A stretch of 64,000 nucleotides of DNA from Nymphaea colorata (taxonomy: Eukaryota): assembly GCF_008831285.2 (NCBI RefSeq), contig NC_045138.2, positions 32,054,001-32,118,000 of the forward strand. The letters run 5' to 3'. The notes under the pieces were generated by a model. That model ran no database searches. It saw only the letters and a program-made list of their open reading frames with translations, and was not told where the DNA came from. A program made the position numbers and the translations under genes. The number at the start of each line of letters is the position of its first letter. Position 1 is the first letter of the stretch. This document shows, in pieces, positions 25,142-35,900 of this stretch.

Positions 25142-26642
25142 CCCATCTACAGGCGGAAGACAAGCAGGCGACAGTTTTCTGAGCTTAGAACCAAATGGGT
25201 CGTCGTTGTTTCTCCCCACCTGAAAAGGTTGAGCCATTTCCGGCAAAGTAGATCGCTTTTTGTTACTAACGATGCTCAATTTCCACCGAGGAAAGTCCGA
25301 GTCGGATAGAATACTGAACCGAGTTAGACAATTTGGTTGTCCGGACCGGTACATAGTTCTCCTTGTAAAGTAAATCATAAAAGGTGAGGAAGAATCTCTG
25401 TTTGTGACGTATCGGAACTTCCGGTTCATAAAACCGTTACAATTTTTTTGGAACTGTATTTTGATGGCAATCGCCTGGGAATTAATTGGCATGGCATCCC
25501 GGCGAGAATAGCAGCAGTTATTTTCACGGGAAAGGGTCGGCAGTTTGGATTTTCCGGCTGCAAAATTGTAGGAGGACGGCTGTCTTTTCCATGTTTTTCT
25601 CTTTTCCGGTTTCTTGTGTCTCTTTGGCTTTTGTGTTCATTTGTATAGAAGCGTGAAAGACGCCCTGTGAGCATCAGACTCGATTCTTTTTGTTCGTTAT
25701 TCTTTATAAATTCGTTTATTTTTTTCAAATGATTTATACTGACATCGTAACGTGAGTGCCACTCTTGTTCACATGGGCCAATTAAAGGCACAATAATTCC
25801 TCGAATTTTGTTTATTAAATTAAAAGCAGAGAAAATGGCCTGCATGACATCCAATAATTCAAAGATAAAACGTTGGAGATCTTCACATGAGCACCAGTTT
25901 TTTAGGTCTAATTAATATATGCGGCTAGGTCTTTTATTATTTACATAACACCCCCTCCCCCATGGCTAATTTGTTGAATTTTTGTGGAGAAAATGGCGTG
26001 CCTGCTGTCCAAAAGTACATTGTGACATCAGACTTCATGTTTCATATTTCACTATGGCTAATTTATTTGATATTGTTCTTTTCTGTTTCTTATTTCACTA
26101 TGACTAATTCATTTGATATTGTTCTTTTCTGTTCTTATTTCATTTCCTAGGTCTAAACACCGGGTAAGCAATCAAACGAGTCTTATCCAGGTTCATTTCT
26201 TAAGCAAGAAAACCTGTTCAAAAAATTACTTGAAAGCACGTAACCAAGCAAGCTGAGCCTAAGCTCAAACTTTTGGTGCCGAACACGAGTCGGCTCATTG
26301 TTCTGAAACGTTCATATTCTTTGACGCAAATTTGAACTTTGGGAGATGCTATATTTACCCAATATGTGTACATAATGAAGCATACATATAAGCAAACGGC
26401 CCATCTTCATAGATGTCAATACATGAGAATTGATGACAGGAAAAACAGTTCACAAGTTGGATCAACCCATTGCAGCCCTGGCTTGAAGTATTGACATGGT
26501 TGCCAACACTCCAAAACAGGTATTAACGCCAATTCAGTTCCCGGCGACATTTAATGCAGTTAGATTTGACATAGGCTTAAAATCTGCAGTAATTTTTGAG
26601 TTTGGGATTAAGATAAAGATTGAAATAAAATCTTTTGTGCAC

Positions 26643-26855
26643 GAAATGTATATGCTCATTGAAGTTTATCTAAATACCAAGCAACCATTAATAGTTAAAT
26701 CTAAGATAATTCTGTTAGTTAAGCCTGAATCCAACCCAAAAAGACAATGAAACGCATATACTCATTGAAGTAGATCCAAATACCAAGCAACTATAAATAC
26801 TTCAATCCAAGATAACTCTATTAGAAAAGCCTGATTCCAACCCCAAAAGACAATA
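26643..26855. repeat. ~106-bp diverged tandem duplication
   Basis: CTCATTGAAG...AATACCAAGCAAC...CCAACCC...AAAAGACAAT at 26655 and 26761. Confidence 0.8.
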
Positions 26856-27103
26856 AGAAGCAAACATTTGACCTAAAACCAGTATTGGTTTATATTGGTC
26901 CGTGCTGGCCGATACATGTCATCCTGTTGCTGAAATGATGCAGGGCTAGTAATGGTTTATATTCTTTTCTATTTTTATCAATTTAGGATATTTTAAAGTA
27001 TTTTAAAAATAGAGCGACAAAAGCCAACACTCACCAAGATGGGCAGCCAGCTCCAGTTGGGTAGCCACCTCCAGCTTGAGTTTGACTCAAAAAAACTTAA
27101 GTT

Positions 27104-27240
27104 CTATGTCACATAGGTACGGGTACGAGTGCCGGTGCGGATAAGAACCATTTTCAAAAAACTTGGTGCGGGGTACGGCCGTACACACACATGCACATAT
27201 CCATATATATGTCAAAAAATTTCAAACAGAATAATATATT

Positions 27241-27295
<55 letters not shown>

Positions 27296-27728
27296 TACAA
27301 ACAGAATAACATATTCATAAATCATAATCCAAAATTTATCATTCTTTATTTTCATTCTTCTCAGTCCCAAATTTACTAAACAGAGACCGAAGAAAATCAC
27401 ACGTGTACAAAAGCATAAACACAAACAAAAGAACAACATAAACTTTTACATGTAAAAATCGAAGCAAAAAACGAATCCCAACACTACAAAGCAAAAATGA
27501 AGAAAAAAAGAGGGAAGTGAGACATTACAATGAGGGCTTCGAAAATTTTAACGTTAAAATGGTTTAAAAGGTTAAAATGTAAAAATCGTTAACATTAAAA
27601 TCGGATAAATTTGAACTCAATCAACTTTGACCGAGTCTAAAAAAGGTCAAAAATGACCTTGGGTGCGTTGTGTAGTACCCTGCCGTACCCGTGTCATACC
27701 AGTACTGCGCGTACCCCGTGTGACAGAG
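27104..27728 (+). mobile_element. hAT-type MITE (CTATGTCAC TIR family) nested in a CTCGAG-repeat element
   Basis: Ends CTATGTCACA / TGTGACAGAG; 8-bp TSD CTTAAGTT / CTTAAGCT; GGGTAC repeats; reverse-complement homologue of the element at 48157. Strand label is relative only. Confidence 0.8.
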
Positions 27729-28636
27729 CTTAAGCTCTTAAGCTCGAACTCAACTCAAACTTGAGTCCAGCTCGACTGAACAAACTTGAGCTTGACAATA
27801 CAATGTCGAGCTCGAACTCGACTCGTCTATGTTAAGCATGTCTTTTTTCTTATAACTCGATTAACTTGTTTAACTAGTTTAGTTGCTACTCATTTAATTA
27901 TTTTCTCATACCCTTAAGCCGGATGTGTGCCCCATCTATTGTCCAGGCACACATTCAATTTACCCAACCCAGAGCAATCGCTTCACTCTGAACCAGGGAT
28001 AGAGATGGATTGGCCAAGCCAGGTCATGGCACAATGTATACAACACAATGGTCCTTGACATCAACAGCAGAAACAACAGCAACAACAAAAGTAATCATAA
28101 TAGATATCTATTAACATGGGAAAAGAACAGAGAGTCAGATCAACCAGAATCTGGAGTCAACGTAGCTGATGCTTCAACTAAAACTGCAATAGCATGATGT
28201 TTGATTGAACATTATTACTTCAAAATTTTGGCGTGTGACTTAGATTACAGGCGTAAACAAGATTCACTTGCTACAGAAAATGAACACACCGGCATCCACC
28301 AACACTTGGCTGGAATCCTGGCTACACCAATAAGGAAATAAAATTTTTATCTGAATGATACATAAAAAATATGCATTGCACAAGGATGTGCCTTTTACAT
28401 GCTAAACAACTTATCACTTCATCCAATAAACAGCCAGAATTAAGCTGAAAGCTGGACAAACGAATTGCATGACATATGAAATTTGAAACATTGGCCTCGA
28501 AAGGATGAAAACACATGCTTCTCTAGAATGAATTGAGTAAGCCAGCCCAAAGAGATCGTACATGAAAGTTGCTCTAGGAAGCGTTGAATGAGCAGCAAGT
28601 GTTTGACTACCAGGAATATGAGCATCAATGACATAA

Positions 28637-28653
28637 TTAGCGGTTCCACTCAT
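28637..28653 (-). CDS. RTEL1: Probable terminal RTEL1 coding exon (DEWNR*)
   Basis: Strong acceptor TTTTTTATTTTCAG|ATGAGTGGAACCGCTAA in the required phase. Another acceptor between 31.1 and 28.7 kb cannot be excluded. Confidence 0.5.
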
Positions 28654-29276
28654 CTGAAAATAAAAAACACTAACATGACACATCAAAAGGGAAATGCAGC
28701 TATTCTTCGTCAAGTGTTGTGTACATAGTACAAAATGGAGTCACACGGGATTACATACAAAGACACAAATTTATAGTTCAAAGTTTGCGTCTTTGTTTCT
28801 TTTTTATATATGCCGTATGTGTTCATCAGTTAACTGCACGTGGAATTGATCTAGCATCTCATACTGCAGGTAGCTTAGCTGAACCAAGTGTTGTATTTAA
28901 AGGTCTGTTTTTCATATAAGTGGTATCCAGTGAGTTGGATAAGGAACCCACTGTGTGAAATATATACATCATATACATGAGGTCGGGTTCACCAAATAAA
29001 ACAAAGGGTAAGATGAGAAGACATTGGGGCTGTCTCTGTGTGTGTTTTAACACATTGTGCATGTTATACTGGTGTGATGTGCGCAGAGTAGTGGTACGCT
29101 TGCTACACAGATTTCCAAGCAAAGAGAAATCTTTTGATTATATCAGTGTCCTATTTACCGCATTTAAGTGTTACCATGACATTTTAATCAAGTTCAGATG
29201 AATCATTATACAAGGATGTAATAATGTATAAAAAATCAAGTGCAAAACGATAAGTTACAAAATGGTGGAAACTCTC

Positions 29277-29323
<47 letters not shown>

Positions 29324-29922
29324 TGCGTGTGTGCGTGTGTGTGTGTGGTGGAGTTTCTTTATATTCTTTCAAAAGAAAATGCAGCTCTTTTAGCTGTCAG
29401 CAGTTCCAAAGATTTCTAACCATGGGAAAGTTTCCAACACCTAGAATGGTCCTTATAAGATAGGGATGGTTCCCCTTTCTCGTAGGCTCATAGGAAAGTT
29501 GGTAAAAACCACACTACTTGGGTAAGAGACAAAAAATAGACCCATTAAAATTAATTATGAAGTTTCTTTTCAATCTAACCTTATAGATATGATTTTAAGA
29601 GTGATTTGGTGAGAAATGTACGTTAAGTTGGTGGTTTTTTTCCTTAACTAATGTTCTTTTTTTAATGACAAAAAAATGAACTGTCCTTAATCCTTATAAC
29701 ATTAAAATTTTGATACTTGAAAGATCGATTTTTTCTTCAAAAATGATTTAAATTAAAGCATGATTTATATTAACTAAGTGTTTATAAACACATTTGAAGG
29801 TTCACATTTTGTTTCAAACACATTTTAACACGAATTTAAGAGGTCAGGTTTTTATCTCTTACCCAAGTGTATCTACCAAATACTCCACACACACACATAT
29901 ATATATAGATATATATATATAG

Positions 29923-29960
<38 letters not shown>

Positions 29961-32900
29961 ATGTGTGTGTGTGTGTGTGTGTGGATTCCTCTGGCCACCC
30001 GAAAGAATTCAGGCCTCTCACACATGCAGCAAGATGCAACACAGTCCCTTTATATAATATATATATATATATGTGTGTGTGTATGTGTGTGTGTGTGTGT
30101 GTGTGGATTCCTCTGGCCACCCGAAAGAATTCAGGCCTCTCACACATGCAGCACGATGCAACACAGTCCCTTTATATAGTATATATATATATGTGTGTGT
30201 GTGTGTGTTTATTGTAGTTTCTTTGTATTATTTCCTTTGTATTTTTTATTTCATTTTTTGTATTTTTATTTCTCATTCTGGAAAAGAGCTGCAGCTCTTC
30301 CAGCTGTCGGTAGTTCCAAAGGTTTCTAACCATAGGAAAGTTTCCAAAACCTAGAACAGTTCCCAGAAGGTAGGGATGGTTCCCCTTCCCGTATCCAAAC
30401 TTCTTTGAAACTGTTGTAGTGATTATTATTATCAGTGCAAATTGAATCACTTGGGCTCTTGTGAATATGTTTCTTGTGAGGTATTGGGATTGTGAAATAT
30501 AAATGTATATTTATACCTTTATATGGTATCAGAGCTTGAAAAGCTTTCAGTCTAGCTGTTTTAAAGTGGCTAAGAGATGTGAAGAGTTGCACATATGATG
30601 TGACAAGGATCTATTTTTCTTTTTCTAATGCTGAACGAAACTGCATGCTGGTGGTGGAGGATTCATTGGTGCCATGCCATTGAAGGTAGGCCTATTCAAT
30701 GAGCTGAGTCACTTGAGCTTGGCTTAAGCTCAAATCATTTAATAAAATAATCTAGTTCAAGTTAAGAAACAGAATTGTTTAAGTAAATGAGTCGAGCTCG
30801 AGCTATGCATGCTTGGCTTATTTGAACTCGATTAAGCTCAACTGCAAAATCACATACATTACCATTTCTTCTGCAGACTGCAGCCTAGTTCCATTTCCAT
30901 GTCTATATGACAGGTATTCGGATGCCACGCTGCTCTTGAAAACAGTTTTGAAGGATGAAAGGGCTGTTGCGGTTGAAAGGCTATGTTCTACAGACTGTCT
31001 TCTAAGGCAATAAGCAACATTATGCAAAATGCCATCCATATATGCTTGCAAATGTTGAAGTTGGAGAGCAAAAGTACTTGAAAGGGGTACAAATTAACAA
31101 GTCATATACCTTCTTTCCCAATTGCTGCAAATCGAACCTTAAGGTGTTGCTCATACAAAGGGATATATGGTGCAGGGACATAATCCTTAAACCTAGAAGG
31201 AGACAAGAAAGAGAACAAAGTGAGATATTTATAATAAAATTATATTCAAGGTGCCCGACGTAGTTTTACATAGTGACTGATAAGCAAGACTTGAAGAAAA
31301 TAGGACAAACAGAAGATGTGAACATCTGACCATGTACTTCTTGTATGCGCACTCTCTAGGAGACTAGGTTCAAAACTATTGGAAGAGTTCCTTACAGAAA
31401 ATCAATCAGACCTATGAATTCTATTGTATTTGAAGGAATTTGAATAGGACTGATGAGAATGCGCCTGGAAATTTCTTACAGGTGTGCCCATTATAAATCC
31501 CTCAAACACTGAAATATCCCATATATGAGAAAGGCTTTGAAAAGTTCCACATCTAAAAAGATTGTAAATAGTGGTGCACATATATATCTGAGCCTAAAAC
31601 CTTGCCTCCCGGCTCAAATCCTTCTATGTACTGACAAAAAACAAGCAATGAGCCGGGTTGAGATTCATTAAACCAAGTTCTCATGACAAATCTTATTCAG
31701 TTTGTGACAGACATTTTAAGACAGCATTTTAAGACATTTTAAAACTGATTACATAAGCATTAGATTTCGCAAGTACAAATGTTGAAGTTGGAGGCTGTAG
31801 AAACACGAACCACACAGAGAGAGAGTGGAGAACGAACACACAATCTACGTGGAAAACCTCAGAAAGAGGTGAAAAACCACGGGGAGGCTCTGACCTAGGG
31901 GCACACCGCAACCCTAGGAGAGAGAAAATTAGATTTCACTTAATTCAACACTAAACACAAGTGACAATATAAAGAGGGAGAGAGGAGAAGCCGCCTAGGG
32001 TACCGAGCCCGCCTCGGTACCCGCGCCCCATAGAACCGGGTCCAGGAATGGATCCGGTTCCCACAGCAACATATTCTAACACTCCCCCTCAAGCTTGGCA
32101 TACATGTCAAACATGCCAAGCTTGCTAACATTCTTTTCGAATGAAGAAGTACAAAGCCCTTTAGTTAGGACGTCTGCAACTTGATCTTCAGACTTCATAT
32201 ATGGCAGAATCAGCTCCTTTGAGTCAATGCGTTCCCGGATAAAATGACGATCAATCTCCACATGTTTGGTCCTGTCATGTAGAACTGGATTATTGGCAAG
32301 ATTAATCGCAGACTTGTTGTCACAGTACATCTTCATTTTATCTCCCAATTCCACACCAATATCAGTCAAAAGAATCTTCAGCCACAGCATCTCTGTAACC
32401 CCCATTGCAACAGCCCTGTACTCAGCCTCCGCACTAGACCTCGAACATACTTCTTGCCTCTTACTTCTCCAAACAACTAGGTTACCTCCAAGAAAGATAC
32501 AATACCCTGTAGTAGACCTCCTTGTGTCAGTGCAACCTGCCCAATCTGCATCTGAGTAGCCCTCAATGGTAAGTTTGTCCTGTCGAGTATACAACAGTCC
32601 TTTTCCTGGGTCATTCTTTAGATATCCCAACACTCTTTCTGCACTCTTCCAGTGACAATCCGTGGGAGCATGCATAAATTGACTTAGCACATTTACCGCA
32701 TACGTGATATCAGGGCGAGTTAGAGTAAGATAGATAAGCTTACCTACTAGCCTCTGATATCGCCCTTTTCCTTCCTCATCCAGAATAGTGCCCGTCTTGA
32801 TACTTATCTTAGTTCCCGACTCTATAGGAGTAAGATAGGGCCTACAACCAAGTTTGCCTGTCTCCTTTAGTAAGTCAAGAGTGTACTTCCTTTGATTCAT

Positions 32901-35900
32901 AACCAGCCCTGTCTCTGATCGAGCAATCTCTATCCCCAGAAAGTATCTCAGCTTACCCAGATCCTTGAGGTCGAATTCCTTAGATAATCTCTCCTTCATC
33001 TTTCTGTTTTCTTCTTCGTCACTGCCAGTGACAATCATATCATCAACGTAGACAAGGAGAAGACTCACCAGACCACCTCTCTGCTTTATGAATAGGGTAT
33101 GATCTCCATTTCCTTGCTTGTACCCAGTAGACTTCATAACGATCCTTAGTCTCTCAAACCAAGCTCTAGGCGACTGCTTCAAGCCATACAAAGCTTTCTT
33201 GAGGTGACAACATTTTCCCTCTTGAACATATCCGGGAGGCATGCTCATATAGACTTCTTCCTCCAGATGGCCGTTCAAGAACGCATTTTTAACATCAAGC
33301 TGGTCCATGCGCCACTTCCTGTGCACAGCAAGAGCAAGAATAACCCTCACGGTCTTCAACTTTGCAACAGGGGCAAAGGTCTCAAGATAGTCGATTCCAT
33401 ACTTCTGACTGAACCCCTTTGCAACCAAACGAGCTTTATATCGATCTACAGTGCCATCAGGTTTGTACTTCACGTTGTAAACCCACTTAGAGCCAACTAG
33501 GTGTGTCCCCTTAGGAGTATCAACAACTTCCCATGTTTTGTTCTTAGCTAACGCACCCATCTCCTCTGTCATAGCATTTAACCACTTGGGATCATCCTTA
33601 GCATCATCCACCGACCTGGGAATAACAACTTTGGATAAGGTTGTGATAAAACATTTGTAATTTGTACTGAGCTTAGCATAAGAAACAAATCTCTGAATAG
33701 GGTGAGAAGTACATGACCTGGTGCCTTTGCGCACAGCAATGGGGAGCTCTTCATTCGATGGACTTGGGTCATCCGGGGAGATCACAGGATTGGGATTGGT
33801 TCTATCCTCATCACCAACATCTTCCACTGTAGCTTTCTCCTTTCTGACATAAACCTGGCCAAACAAGTGATCCCGGGCAACAATGGGCTGAGCATCCACC
33901 GTGACCCCTTCCATATGGCTGCCCTTCTCATTACTGACCGTGACCGTGTCAATCACACTGGGACTAACCTTGTAATCCAAAAACTCCATAAACTGAATTA
34001 GCTGATTAGAGGAATACTCTTCCCCTTTGTTCCCAAGACACTCCCCCTGAAGAGGATTCACCGAAAAATACGACTCATGTTCATGAAATGTGACATCCCT
34101 CGAAACATACACTTTGGAAGTAGTGGGATCCACACATTTATACCCCTTCTGAGTGGAAGAGTACCCCAGGAAAACTCCTTTAATAGACCGGGGATCAAGT
34201 TTTTTGAGAGTAGGGCTATGATTATGCACAAAACAACTGCACCCAAAGACACGAGGAGTAAGAGGCCACGGATTCTGAGTGGGCCACAGGGTAGAATAAG
34301 GAGACTGACCATCCAACACCCTAGTAGGCATACGGTTAATGAGATGTGCACTAGTGAGAAGTGCATCACCCCAATACCGCTTCGGGACATGACGTTGGAA
34401 CATAATGGCCCGGGTAACATTCAATAGATGACGATTTTTACGTTCAGCTATACCATTTTGAGGAGGGGTATAACTACAAGAGGTTTCATGAACAATACCC
34501 TTGCCTTTCAAGAATTCATCAAGGGATTGGGAGACATATTCCCTTGCATTATCCGTACGGAAAGCTTGAACAGTAGTATGGAATTGAGTCTCAACAAAGG
34601 CAACAAAGTTTTTCACAACTGCTGGAACCTCACTACGTTCTCGCAACAAGTACACGAACGTACATCTAGAGTAATCATCAATAAGCGTCAAAAAATAGTG
34701 ACAACCACCACACGTGGGTACTCCAGAAGGACCCCAAACATCGGAATGAACTAAGGCAAACGGATGAGTGGTTTTATTCAAAGAAATAGGGTACGAAGCC
34801 CTGACATGTTTAGCCAATTGACACACTTCACAAGCGAAGGAGTCAATTGAGACAGAAGCAAACAAATGAGGAAACAACTTCTTTATTAACTGGAAGGGTA
34901 GATGTCCAAGACGCTCGTGCCATCGCAGAACAGTAGATCTATCGTTCACACCAGACAAGTGACCACTCGTGGCAGAAATCAATGCTGAAGCAACTTGTAC
35001 CGGCAGCCTGTAGAGCCCATCAGTAACCGAACCAATCCCAATCTTCTTCCCCGTCACCAAGTCCTGCAGGGAACAATGATCAGCAGAGAAAATCAGATTA
35101 CAATTTAATTCTTTAGTAATACTGCTGACAGAGAGTAAGTTGACAGGAATATTGGGAACATGCAGGGCATTGTGAAGACGGTATTTGTTCAACAGGGACA
35201 AGCTCCCTTTCCCAGCCACAGAGATAGAAGACCCATCTGCCATAGACACGCGTTGCTTGCCAGAAGAAAGTTGATATTCTTGAAAGAGTTTAGAGTCCCC
35301 TGTCATGTGGTGAGTGGCTCCACTATCAACAATCCAATCACCAAGAGAAGGGTTACCTTGATCAGTCGAGGCAACGAGAGCTTGGGCTAGCTGAGCCCCT
35401 TCAGACGTGGAGGACTCCTCAGGGGTAGTAGATAGACGGCTGATGTACGCCTGTAGCTCCTTGAGTTGAGCAGGGGACAACTTGGACTTGGCACCACTAG
35501 AAGAATTGCTCTGACTGGAATCAGACACAGAAGGGCTACGCTTGCCAGAGGGAGGACGACCTCTGACCAGTCTCTTCTCGGGATGAAGATCCCAACAGAA
35601 ATCCACCGAATGCCCCAACTTGTGGCAATGAGTGCAATGTCGGGCAGGACGCTGCCCAGTCCCTGAGGCACGGCTGACAAAGGCAGAAGGGCCATGACCG
35701 GTGTCAAGATGCATCACCTGGCGACGTTGTTCTTCAGACTCAACACGAGCATATACTTCCTCTATCCCCGGAATCTCATCACCATTAAGAATCTGGCTAC
35801 GAATAGACTCAAATTCATCCCGCAGGCCTCCCAGAAACAGAAACGTACGGTCCATCCATTCCTTTTCCCAGTAGAGGGAATGATCTGAACCGCATGTCCA

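Noticed and set aside
24494..25492. ORFs antisense to or overlapping the OFP gene
   Set aside because: Shadow ORFs of a GC-rich coding exon.
31049..31795. 18-bp repeat CAAATGTTGAAGTTGGAG at ~31049 and next to the copia insertion site (~31776)
   Set aside because: Too short, with unconvincing flanking similarity; not part of the TSD.
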